Source of the DNA: a virus
Direction: 5' to 3' (one strand)
Length of the DNA stretch: 64,000 nucleotides
IMG/VR virus record: IMGVR_UViG_3300035698_029335
Location: 1 to 64,000 of that record
The translations under genes and the position numbers were made by a program. Shown here piece by piece: positions 55,492 to 64,000 of this stretch. The notes beneath the pieces were generated by a model, which was given only the letters and a program-made list of their open reading frames with translations, was not told the origin of the DNA and ran no database searches. How positions within the stretch are numbered: the first letter of the stretch is position 1; every line of letters starts with the position of its first letter.

Positions 55492-58174
55492 TTATGATTC
55501 TCACTTTATTGGTGATAGATGCCTTGTGGCGAACATCACTTGTCTTGACGAGGGCTACTTCCTCATCTCCAATATTAAAAGTGCCATCACCCCTTGAGGT
55601 CCACTTAGTTTCTAATTCAGTGTCATATGTTCCTGGCGAAATACTACCCTTGACTGATATTATGTCAAAATAGCCTCCAATACCAAGGTCCCTTAAGACT
55701 TTTGCACGAGAATTAAGGCTAGCACCTCCACCGGCAATACTAGGAAAAACCGTCGGTGTAATGTGAACTTTACCACCCACATCAAACAAATTGTTTCCGA
55801 CCATAGCTACTGTGGCATTATACTTATCTCTTAGTATTTTGGCAGGTCCTTGCTTATCAACCAAGTTGTTTTGAATGTTCGCCTCTGGCATGAATGGCAT
55901 ATCTTCACGTGTGAAATTAATATTCTTCGTTAATCCATTTTCATTGCCAAAGAATATATGGTATATACCTTTACTTCTGTCGATATCGCCGTCTCCTTTT
56001 AGGTCAAAGGGGTTTTCGACAGTACCATATATAATAAGATAATTCTGTAATTGCTTATCTTGAGCGGCTTTGCTTTTCTTCATAACAAATGGATGGTTCT
56101 TAAGTGCGTCTGCTTGCATTCTGATACCGCCCAATCCTTGCTCTTCAGCAAACAACTTCTCCCTAGCCTCACTTTCTGGCACAGATATGGCTTTATATGT
56201 AATTCTAGCTTGCTGTTTCGGTGCAAACTCACTACATTCGGTACTCAGAGCCCGTATAACAAGATCGTTGATAACTGAATCTATGAACTTTTTAAAGCTC
56301 ATGTTCTCTTTTCCAGGATCCGCTATGTTTTCATGGAACCAGTTGGCAAAAACTTTGAAAGACACAGGGATATCTGCAATATTAACACTAACCCTTTTTC
56401 CTTGATACACTTTATCATAAGTATATTTTTCATTCTTCAGACCCTTGACTTTTGCTACCATGCCTGTATCAGACATCTGCCCATAATCATAGAAAGTCAA
56501 TGGACCAGTCAAGACGCGCAAGTCTTTTTCCATAAAGCCAGCATTTTCGCCAGAACCTTTGTGATTAAACATGCCTTCTAGAACTATATTAATCAAGTCT
56601 CCCAAATAGAAAAACGTAACCATATAGGAATCTTCATCATATGCTTGACCTTCAGAAGTAAAATCCGATAGATTCTTGATAAGTTTGTTGGAGTACGCCA
56701 GCCTATCCTCAGGAGACAGATTAGCATTTTCTTCATTAGCATTCAAATAATCGACATATCCACTTGATGCACCTACTGCTTTTGCGCCAGTAAGGAGATT
56801 TTGAGCCCCATCAGGGTTCTTTTCTGCATTTCTCAACTTAGTGCCTTCTGATTCTTTGTTTACCGCCTCTATGTCGCTTGTGTTGAGCTTATTTTGCGAC
56901 GATAAAGTCTTTATCCTTATCTTCTTGTCGAAGAAGTTCTTGGGTGCACGTAAGTACCTAAGCTGCTTCTTTTCATATAAGCCTGTCATTATTCTTCGAT
57001 AGCTAGCTTCCTTCGACGAACTACCTAGTTCTTCATATCGCTCTCGGGCTTCCTTCAACTGTGCATCACTAATAGTCAATACATCATCTTTCCCAAGATC
57101 ACTAATCTTCACTCCCGCCTTTTCCAATCTTGAGCGCTCCTTTGCGTTAAACGACTCATGACGAGCGACTAGTGCAGCAAGGCGTTTTTGCTCCGCCACT
57201 GTTCTGGCATCCTGAAAAAGTATGTTTGCGTCTCTTGGGTCCGACATCGCCGACTCAGTGTATGATATATATTTAATTGTAAGCTCTACAGTTCCATCTT
57301 CTCGGAAGTCAATTTCATGTTTCTTTAAACCAAGATACATTACGATGTTATTTTTCTCCAATTCCTCGGTTATCGCCTGAGGAATCAAAGCTCTGTAGGT
57401 GTTCACTGGCAGTGTAGGTGCGTGCCACCCAACAACTGCTTTGATACGAAAATAATCTTTATTATACGTAAAACTTCCTTCGTTCTCGCCTTCTCTGAAC
57501 TTTCTTTGAGGCAACAACAGGTCCGAATAAGCGATGTCCACCGATTCTTGTTTTGCTCCGAAATTAATCAATTTGGTATCCCTGACTTCGAACAAATCTT
57601 CTATGTTCTGAAAATGTAAAACAAGATCGGCTCCAAATGTATATTTATTAGCTGGATTGGTGCCAAGTGTCTTCCACTCAAAGCTCTTCAAGCCGACACC
57701 TGAGCCTCTACCGACGCCAGTCTTCATCATATCTGCTATCTTATCTTCTCTAGCAATATCATCAAAAGGCAGCTCTACTGATGCAGTTTTGCCAGTAGCC
57801 GGATCCTTATATTCTTTATAGAGGCGTACTTTTGGTACTAATGCGCTAATTTGAGCTGCCGACATTGTCATTAATAAGTCAGCTTTGTCTGACTTATTAA
57901 ACAACAAGTTTATAAGCTCAAAAGGTCGTTGGTGCTCGATTATCCCAAACTGCTTATAGCGCTTTGGTCCATTAAAGAGACCGCGATTAGAGGAGACCAG
58001 CACTTCCCAATTAAGCATCAAATAACATTGCTCTTGGAAACGAAGAGCTGCTTGGCGCTCATCACCCTTTAGTTCCTTATATTGATCTTTATCTAGTCTT
58101 TCTTTTTTGCCTTGCTCAACTTCGGCGGAGGTTGCTCCGCCAATAAGTCCATAAAGCGTGTCTTTTAATGTCAT
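55484..58174 (-). CDS. Large virion protein, probable baseplate hub-like
   Basis: Position after the tail-initiator/LysM genes; C-terminal YNATVAMVGN..F..G...GGYF.I.SV......G.Y.T.L typical of hub proteins. Confidence 0.5.
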   Translation of the reverse strand: MTLKDTLYGLIGGATSAEVEQGKKERLDKDQYKELKGDERQAALRFQEQCYLMLNWEVLVSSNRGLFNGPKRYKQFGIIEHQRPFELINLLFNKSDKADLLMTMSAAQISALVPKVRLYKEYKDPATGKTASVELPFDDIAREDKIADMMKTGVGRGSGVGLKSFEWKTLGTNPANKYTFGADLVLHFQNIEDLFEVRDTKLINFGAKQESVDIAYSDLLLPQRKFREGENEGSFTYNKDYFRIKAVVGWHAPTLPVNTYRALIPQAITEELEKNNIVMYLGLKKHEIDFREDGTVELTIKYISYTESAMSDPRDANILFQDARTVAEQKRLAALVARHESFNAKERSRLEKAGVKISDLGKDDVLTISDAQLKEARERYEELGSSSKEASYRRIMTGLYEKKQLRYLRAPKNFFDKKIRIKTLSSQNKLNTSDIEAVNKESEGTKLRNAEKNPDGAQNLLTGAKAVGASSGYVDYLNANEENANLSPEDRLAYSNKLIKNLSDFTSEGQAYDEDSYMVTFFYLGDLINIVLEGMFNHKGSGENAGFMEKDLRVLTGPLTFYDYGQMSDTGMVAKVKGLKNEKYTYDKVYQGKRVSVNIADIPVSFKVFANWFHENIADPGKENMSFKKFIDSVINDLVIRALSTECSEFAPKQQARITYKAISVPESEAREKLFAEEQGLGGIRMQADALKNHPFVMKKSKAAQDKQLQNYLIIYGTVENPFDLKGDGDIDRSKGIYHIFFGNENGLTKNINFTREDMPFMPEANIQNNLVDKQGPAKILRDKYNATVAMVGNNLFDVGGKVHITPTVFPSIAGGGASLNSRAKVLRDLGIGGYFDIISVKGSISPGTYDTELETKWTSRGDGTFNIGDEEVALVKTSDVRHKASITNKVRIING

Positions 58175-58516
58175 TTATACACCAAACAAAGATAGTACTT
58201 TTTCTAAAGGTTGTGGGATGAGAATTGTGTCGTTTAGCGCAACATCTGCTTCAGTTGGTTTTTTATTATACCATGCAATTACCCACCACAACTGTGCATT
58301 TCCATAAAACTGTTCTGCGAGCTTCCAATATCTATCGCCGCGCTTCCACAAAACAACCTCTACATCCAATGCAGCCATCTCTGAAGTGGAGGGCTGACCT
58401 AATGTTGGCGTCGTATGGTGCTTTATCTTCTTAACTCCACGCTCTTGGAGGTGTTTACTATAAAGCTTGTCTTTATTATCTTTCGTTGAGCGCTCTTCAT
58501 ACCTAGAATAAGCCAT
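58175..58516 (-). CDS. LysM-like baseplate wedge protein (gp53/gpX-like)
   Basis: WKRGDRYWKLAEQFYGNAQLWWVIAWYN...ILIP. Confidence 0.75.
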   Translation of the reverse strand: MAYSRYEERSTKDNKDKLYSKHLQERGVKKIKHHTTPTLGQPSTSEMAALDVEVVLWKRGDRYWKLAEQFYGNAQLWWVIAWYNKKPTEADVALNDTILIPQPLEKVLSLFGV

Positions 58517-59451
58517 TATTTTCTCCTACTCTTCGTAACATCGCCACTGTGGTATGGGAAACCCCTACTTCGTTTCCTGTCACTTAACCGAAGCTTCCTA
58601 TTCCACCCTAATGGGCTGGTATGTAAGACAGTAAACTCACATGAGAATTTTATAGTCTGTGGAATTAACACTCCCTCAGCGACACCATCAATGCCAGAGT
58701 GTCCGAAAAACCCTTGCTCAATATCAGGTTCATAAGTCAACCCAGAGAGCTTACCTGTTAGCCCCGATGACGCTGCTCCGCCTCTAATACTTGCTCCATC
58801 GCGATTGTCCATGATTAGGTTTGCAAATTTCAACTTAAACAATGGTGCTGCAACCATAACGCCTACCTTTCTCTTAATACCACCCCGCTTTCCGGCTAAT
58901 ATTTCTTGTTGAACTCTTTTTTCTGCAGCGAGTGCATTATTCTCCGCTGTTCCTGTTGCTGTATCGCCTGCTTCCAAGGTGTCCAAATAAGCCTGGTTAG
59001 CTCTATCAATACCAGCATCTTCGGTAGAAGAAGAAGCTGTATTAAGTTCCTCATATGTCGGATACAACATTGATATAAAACGTTCGGCTTCCCGTAAATT
59101 GAACCTTGCTTCTTCTACCGAAGCTGCTGGTACATCCCAAGACAGAGTAATGACTCGTCCTGTACGCTTAAAGGTGGAAATAGGGTCCATTCTACCAAAT
59201 GTCTCTTGGTCGTTCCAAGTCGACTCATAACGGTCCTTAAAGTCAGTCAAAAAAGCCTTGAAATGCACTGTCGCACCGGTAGCTACTGAATGCCAATGGA
59301 TAACATGACCCTTAGCGGTCGCTGTAGGTCGCTGAGTTCCTATATTATCAGACATATCAGAAAAGTGGTGACCATACCGGTCTTTGCCACGATTCACTCG
59401 CTCTTTATCGTTCAGCGAGTCATCTAATTGTCCTTTTCCATCACTCGACAT
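58516..59451 (-). CDS. Tail tube initiator / baseplate protein
   Basis: FKAFLTDFKDRY...W.....GRMDPI.TFK.T.R.I.LSW; follows the tape measure gene. Confidence 0.6.
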   Translation of the reverse strand: MSSDGKGQLDDSLNDKERVNRGKDRYGHHFSDMSDNIGTQRPTATAKGHVIHWHSVATGATVHFKAFLTDFKDRYESTWNDQETFGRMDPISTFKRTGRVITLSWDVPAASVEEARFNLREAERFISMLYPTYEELNTASSSTEDAGIDRANQAYLDTLEAGDTATGTAENNALAAEKRVQQEILAGKRGGIKRKVGVMVAAPLFKLKFANLIMDNRDGASIRGGAASSGLTGKLSGLTYEPDIEQGFFGHSGIDGVAEGVLIPQTIKFSCEFTVLHTSPLGWNRKLRLSDRKRSRGFPYHSGDVTKSRRK

Positions 59452-59492
59452 TCCTATTACCCCTCTTTATCATACTTAGTCCGCCAAATATA

Positions 59493-61883
59493 TTATTCTA
59501 ATGGAGTACGAGTTGTTCTACCACCAAGTACACTCTCATTAGCCTTTATTCTCGCCTTAATTTCAGAATCCAAAACACGACCAATTTCTTTCTTATCAAT
59601 AACGAGCTTAATGTTAGGTTTAATGATGACTTGTGGTGCAGGTCCATTTACTTGAGGTTGATTACGATTCGAGGTGTTTTGAGCGTATTTAGCGCTGGCA
59701 CTATTCATCTTGTTTACACTCTGTGTCGCAGTGGCTATCTGTGATGACGAGGCTGCCGCTCCAGAGGCTACAGCAGCACCAGCTAACACTGGCGCACCAA
59801 TCATATAAGAGAAGGTCATAGCCTTTGTGAGAGGCATTCTTTCGATACTATTAACAATATTATTAATTTCTTGAGCTATCCTACTGTACCCTGCAATAGC
59901 TCCGGTGAAATCCACTCCCTTAAGTGTCGAATTGAACGCGCTCATAGCAAGGAGTACCCCAACAACTAGTGGAGCCACGAGAGCTATTGCGCCCATTGCT
60001 AATACTGATGTTGTGAAGGAACCTAATGCAGCTGCTGAAGCCAGCAACTGAGTTGGAGACAACTTGGCAATTTCTGTCACTAATGCAGTTATGCCTTTCA
60101 CAGCAACCCAAATTCCTACGCCAACCAAGGCAATACCACCGCCAATAAGAAGCATGGTGCCTCCCAATGCCAATAAGCCAGGAGCAGTAGCGGTTGCAGC
60201 TGCGCCCAATGCAGCGATACCTCCAGCTGCAGCTGTTGCACCTGCGCCTGCTGCGGCACCACCAGCACCAATTGGACCCAATGATAAGCCGAAAAGTGCC
60301 GTTAACTTTGTGCCTATTACGAGCGCAGCAAAGAGACCAACCAGCGCAGCAAAGAAACCAACCAAGATTGGCATCAAGACTCCGCCCATCATATCACTTA
60401 TAGCCAAAAGACCATCCAAAACAAATTTAAATGTATTTACAAGCGGTCTAAGGCTCACGGCAAATCTCATCATCACTGCCTGTAGCTGTGCAAAGATCGA
60501 TTGTACATGCTTTGCATTTGCAGCCAGTTCAGCTTGTGATTTTGCAGCTTTCTTTTGTGCTTCTGTCATCCCGATCATTTGAGGGTTAAAAATTGCAGCC
60601 GCCTCGGTCATATCAGTGATACCTGCAGCATTCGCAACAGCCATCTTTAGAAACTTGCTCATTTCATGCCATTGTTGACCAGACAATTTTATAGAATCCT
60701 GCATCATCTTCAATCTTTCGTCTTCGGAAGCCAATAGCAAATCAACACTGTTAAGCAAATCACCACCCAATATAGCATTAAGTTTGCCAGCTGAATCAGC
60801 TGCACCTTCAAATGTATTCATCTGGGAAGTAATAGCTAGCAAACTCTCAATAGCTACACCAGTTCGTTTAGCACCTTCTGCCAAGTTCTTGAACACATCC
60901 ACCATATTGGCGCCATGTTGAGCCAGTTGCGGAGCAGCATTTGCAAAGCCTTCTGCTATTGCTGCAGGAGGCATAGCCAGAGCCTCTGCTGTAGCTATAA
61001 GCTCACGCTGCAGAACTTCTGCTTGCGTAACGGTCATACCCAGGGATCTAGTTGCAATATTTAAGTTTGATGCAGTTGTCGACGCATCAACACCCATCTT
61101 TTCTAGGATGGCAGTAGTCTTAGCTAGAGCTTGTTGTGACTGCGCACTTAAGGCGGTAAATTCCGCCATACCAACGTAAAGAGTTTGGATTGCATGCGCT
61201 GAATCGCTAGATGTGATGCCGAATTGACCAGTAGAACGTTCTATATCGACGATCATATCGTTATATTTGCCCGCTGCGCCAGTGACCTTATTAAAAGAAG
61301 CTAGTGCTTCCTCTTGTGCAGCCAACAACAACAAGCTTGCCTGAACCATCGTGTCAATGCCAGCTGTAGCTACATTTATTGGAGAAACCTGCTTCTTGAG
61401 GGTCACTAATGCAGCTGCCATCGATATACTGAACTTTTCGCCAGAGTGCAACATATGACCAGCCATTGTTTCTGCCTCACCAGTAATGCCGGTAAATCTA
61501 GAAATAGCGCTGCTTAGCTTGTTAACATATCCATCTAATGCATTGCTCTGTTGAGCGACCAATTCAAGAATCTCTTCGTTCTCTTGTCGAGTCTTGACGT
61601 ACTCTTCTGCAGTTATCTTACCCATTTCGAATTGAGTTTTAGCCTCTCTAACAAGAAGCTTTGCTATCTCAAGTTCTTTCTGCTGTATCTCTTTATGAAC
61701 ATTTAATTGACTGCCAATATCAGACTCAAACTTAAGGCGTTTCTCGATAAGGACGAGCTCCGCTGCAAGCTCGCCCTTACTTGCTTCGATAATAGCTAGC
61801 CTTTTTTCAGCTGACTTATTCAACTCTTCGGAAAGACGTAAAGCCTCCGCAAGTATTTTTGGGTCTATTATTTCATCTGCCAT
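59493..61883 (-). CDS. Tail tape measure protein
   Basis: 796-aa Ala-rich helical protein with hydrophobic segments; FEGAADSAGKLNAILG; synteny. Confidence 0.75.
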   Translation of the reverse strand: MADEIIDPKILAEALRLSEELNKSAEKRLAIIEASKGELAAELVLIEKRLKFESDIGSQLNVHKEIQQKELEIAKLLVREAKTQFEMGKITAEEYVKTRQENEEILELVAQQSNALDGYVNKLSSAISRFTGITGEAETMAGHMLHSGEKFSISMAAALVTLKKQVSPINVATAGIDTMVQASLLLLAAQEEALASFNKVTGAAGKYNDMIVDIERSTGQFGITSSDSAHAIQTLYVGMAEFTALSAQSQQALAKTTAILEKMGVDASTTASNLNIATRSLGMTVTQAEVLQRELIATAEALAMPPAAIAEGFANAAPQLAQHGANMVDVFKNLAEGAKRTGVAIESLLAITSQMNTFEGAADSAGKLNAILGGDLLNSVDLLLASEDERLKMMQDSIKLSGQQWHEMSKFLKMAVANAAGITDMTEAAAIFNPQMIGMTEAQKKAAKSQAELAANAKHVQSIFAQLQAVMMRFAVSLRPLVNTFKFVLDGLLAISDMMGGVLMPILVGFFAALVGLFAALVIGTKLTALFGLSLGPIGAGGAAAGAGATAAAGGIAALGAAATATAPGLLALGGTMLLIGGGIALVGVGIWVAVKGITALVTEIAKLSPTQLLASAAALGSFTTSVLAMGAIALVAPLVVGVLLAMSAFNSTLKGVDFTGAIAGYSRIAQEINNIVNSIERMPLTKAMTFSYMIGAPVLAGAAVASGAAASSSQIATATQSVNKMNSASAKYAQNTSNRNQPQVNGPAPQVIIKPNIKLVIDKKEIGRVLDSEIKARIKANESVLGGRTTRTPLE

Positions 61884-61900
61884 TAAGTGGTGCCTCTATT

Positions 61901-62281
61901 TTAGTCTGAAAATGCCCAAGGTATTCCGGTGGCTCTTGTGAACTTTGCCGTTGCAGCATCTAACTCTGCTTTACTTCTATATGTTCTGGGGTTATCTAGT
62001 CCATATTCGGAAAAAGCCTCTAAATACCTTTTCTCTCTAGAGAGCGCTTTTGCGAAACTATCTATCTGAGATGGGCTACCTTTTATTTTAATAGGTAGTG
62101 AACTTCCTCGAAACATAGCACTCATTATATCTTTGATCCAAGCACCCATCATGCCCAACAAGCCTTCATCGAGATTACCTGCTCTATATGACCCTAAATC
62201 AAGCACCATTGGTGGAATTTCACCGTCGTCTGCTATTACAGCGCCAGCTTGATGTGATTCTTCAATATCTTCTTGCTTCAT
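61901..62281 (-). CDS. Hypothetical late protein
   Basis: RBS GAGGT; ACTATTTA at 62300-62307. Confidence 0.55.
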   Translation of the reverse strand: MKQEDIEESHQAGAVIADDGEIPPMVLDLGSYRAGNLDEGLLGMMGAWIKDIMSAMFRGSSLPIKIKGSPSQIDSFAKALSREKRYLEAFSEYGLDNPRTYRSKAELDAATAKFTRATGIPWAFSD

Positions 62282-62311
62282 TTTATATACCTCGCCCTAT
62301 AAATAGTGTCA

Positions 62312-62338
62312 CAAAAAAGAAGGAGGCATGTGCCTCCC
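62312..62338 (-). terminator. Intrinsic terminator
   Basis: GGAGGC-acat-GCCTCC followed by TTCTTTTTT on the minus strand. Confidence 0.75.
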
Positions 62339-62342
62339 CTTA

Positions 62343-62516
62343 TTATCGTTCTGTAGCTTCTGCTTCCAACTCTTTCTGTTTTACCAGTTTAGTAAACATC
62401 CACTTTCTTAACTTCACGTGCATGTTGTATGATTCTTGAAAGCCAAAGTTTCCATGGTAATTCAAGTAAAAAAGTTGTTCATAAACCTTTTCGATGTAAT
62501 TATCGCTTAGACCAAA
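62343..62516 (-). CDS. Tail assembly chaperone extension (probable frameshift product)
   Basis: FGLSDNYIEKVYEQLFYLNYHG...; overlaps the end of the upstream gene with no convincing start of its own. Confidence 0.55.
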   Translation of the reverse strand, partial: FGLSDNYIEKVYEQLFYLNYHGNFGFQESYNMHVKLRKWMFTKLVKQKELEAEATER

Positions 62517-63363
62517 AGAAGTCCGTATTAAACGGCACCTCCATTTCTGTTTCGAAATCACAATCACTACACTTAAATGGTTGTCGCAATTCTATACTAG
62601 GCGCTAACCCAGCATATACCTTTCTAAGATGTCTGGCATCTACTGCAATCATGGATTCAATAGCATTTTCCAATTTAATACTATTCTTCTCATCGTTGAT
62701 TGAAACAATAAACAACTTCATCTGCTCTGTGACAGTGTTTTCCGGCTGTTTATTCTTCTTTCGTTTAGCTAGTGTATCAGTCAGACTTCTCTCATCTCTA
62801 CCAGAAAGAAGTCTGACTTCTACGTTCCATTTCGATCTAGGTAAAAGAATTTTCCACGTCCCATTTTCGGTAACAGTGGCTAAACTTGCATCACCCCCTT
62901 TAACGGTTTGCTGTTGTTCTAGATCAAACTTGAAATCTGTTTTTGCTTCACATGCCTGACATACAACGCTCGTCTCGTAATCTGAGCCGTAGCCTGTAAT
63001 CCTGGCAGCTATAAGTATAGCATTCTTGTCGGCTATTAGCATGTCGTCCGTTGACACTTTAGGTTCGATAAGAACACTTTCAACTAGGCGATTCAAAGCG
63101 ACACCCTTTTTAAGCAAACTTCTGTTTACAAGGATATCTTCTTCCTTCGCCGTCATATACCTGATTTCTACTGTAGATCGACCTGCAAATGGGTGACCAT
63201 CTGGATAATAGAGCCCCCGAGATGGCAAGTCGACTTGTTCTGTTGGCATCGGAAAGGATAACCCTTCTGGAGCCGATGTTGTTTCTTTTTGTGCTTCTAC
63301 AAGCAAAGAAGCACGTTCAGGCTCATCAACCCCGATACGTGCTTCATTATCTCTCTCTGTCAT
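62500..63363 (-). CDS. T4 gp26-like baseplate hub / tail assembly chaperone
   Basis: VDLPSRG.YY, IRYMTAKEEDIL, D.NAIL..AR...YG..Y, two CxxC motifs and a terminal FFW. Confidence 0.75.
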   Translation of the reverse strand: MTERDNEARIGVDEPERASLLVEAQKETTSAPEGLSFPMPTEQVDLPSRGLYYPDGHPFAGRSTVEIRYMTAKEEDILVNRSLLKKGVALNRLVESVLIEPKVSTDDMLIADKNAILIAARITGYGSDYETSVVCQACEAKTDFKFDLEQQQTVKGGDASLATVTENGTWKILLPRSKWNVEVRLLSGRDERSLTDTLAKRKKNKQPENTVTEQMKLFIVSINDEKNSIKLENAIESMIAVDARHLRKVYAGLAPSIELRQPFKCSDCDFETEMEVPFNTDFFWSKR

Positions 63364-63386
63364 TCTAACCTCGTGAAACTAAAGTT

Positions 63387-64000
63387 TTAGTTTAGCTTCC
63401 ATCTAGTATTTGCTTCGAGCCCAAGTGCTCCAATGATTTCATCTGCTTCGCTATGTCCAGAATTAGCTCCTGGTGCTGATTCAAGCTCTGCCCAGTCATA
63501 CGTAATTTGGATTTTAATCTCTGACAAGTCGTCTGAATCATAGTCCAAGTCGCCAAAGTCGACATCAGAAATCCAAGCATTTTTCAAACGCCATGTTTCC
63601 AACTTTCCGTCTGCTGTTTCTGGCAGACCTTCCGAACCGAAGTTAGCTGGGTGATTGTCGCCCCATTGTTCGATAGTGATTGAGCCAAGCATGGAGACCG
63701 CTGAAGCTTTCGACATTGTCGTAACATCATTAGGAGTCTTTGGGATGATATACCCTGAAGCCTCAAGAATAGATGTCAATCCTTTTGCAGCATCTGGATT
63801 GGTTGGATCAACAATAGTAATCTCTACGTCATTCCACTCTACACGACCAGGATATTTAAAAGTATGATTAACATACTTGTGTTCAGCCTTCGTAACTGAC
63901 ATTTTTGGCTTAGTGGCTTTCTTTGCGACAAACGTTAGTCCGCCATCAAAAGCACCAAAGCGCACAAGAAAGCGATACTTTCTTTTTGGTTCTAAAGTTT
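63387..64000 (-). CDS. Tail tube protein (T4 gp19-like), 5' end outside the window
   Basis: EPKRKYRF, KYPGRVEWNDVEITIVDP and ETWRLKNAWISDVDFGDLDY...I...YDWA. Confidence 0.85.
   Translation of the reverse strand, partial: TLEPKRKYRFLVRFGAFDGGLTFVAKKATKPKMSVTKAEHKYVNHTFKYPGRVEWNDVEITIVDPTNPDAAKGLTSILEASGYIIPKTPNDVTTMSKASAVSMLGSITIEQWGDNHPANFGSEGLPETADGKLETWRLKNAWISDVDFGDLDYDSDDLSEIKIQITYDWAELESAPGANSGHSEADEIIGALGLEANTRWKLN

Noticed and set aside
1-64000. Plus-strand ORFs in the six-frame track
   Set aside because: They are antisense shadows of well-supported minus-strand genes and have no recognisable motifs; all promoters and RBSs found face the minus strand.
1-64000. Genome-wide TAG reassignment (code 15)
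   Set aside because: Long conserved genes are open in code 11 and several end cleanly at TAG (for example SSB, thyX, nrdJ); only one internal TAG was seen.
1-64000. tRNA/rRNA genes or group I introns
   Set aside because: No cloverleaf or rRNA-like segment was recognised by eye, and the breaks in dnaE and the helicase are explained by intein motifs; a covariance-model scan was not possible.

Overview
This is a 64 kb segment of a large myovirus-like (jumbo-type) bacteriophage genome. Every credible gene lies on the minus strand. Reading from the right end leftwards: (1) a contractile-tail/baseplate block (tail tube, chaperone pair, tape measure, baseplate proteins); (2) a replication and nucleotide-metabolism block (short family A polymerase, tubulin-like protein, SSB, RecA, 5'-3' exonuclease, DnaB/gp41 helicase, class II RNR, ThyX, DnaE, dUTPase, Dam-family methyltransferase, GuaB/GuaC); (3) chaperone, protease and lysis genes (GroEL, GroES-like, ClpP, amidase, M15 peptidase); (4) accessory islands packed with short 'GDLV' beta-barrel-like genes. 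Five observations stand out. First, two essential replication genes are split by trans-splicing inteins, and the dnaE halves are about 12 kb apart with a whole accessory island between them. Second, the endonuclease inside the split helicase is flanked by 17-bp direct repeats whose recombination would rebuild a contiguous intein. Third, a repeat-spacer-like array of coding cassettes at 33.4-34.5 kb has ~77-bp junction repeats. Fourth, about 25 related mini-genes share fixed ends and variable cores. Fifth, about ten sigma70-type promoters carry GATC at a fixed spacer position in a genome that encodes a Dam-family methyltransferase. A MopE-repeat lipoprotein hints at a myxobacterial/deltaproteobacterial host. 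All family calls come from motif recognition by eye; no database searches were run.
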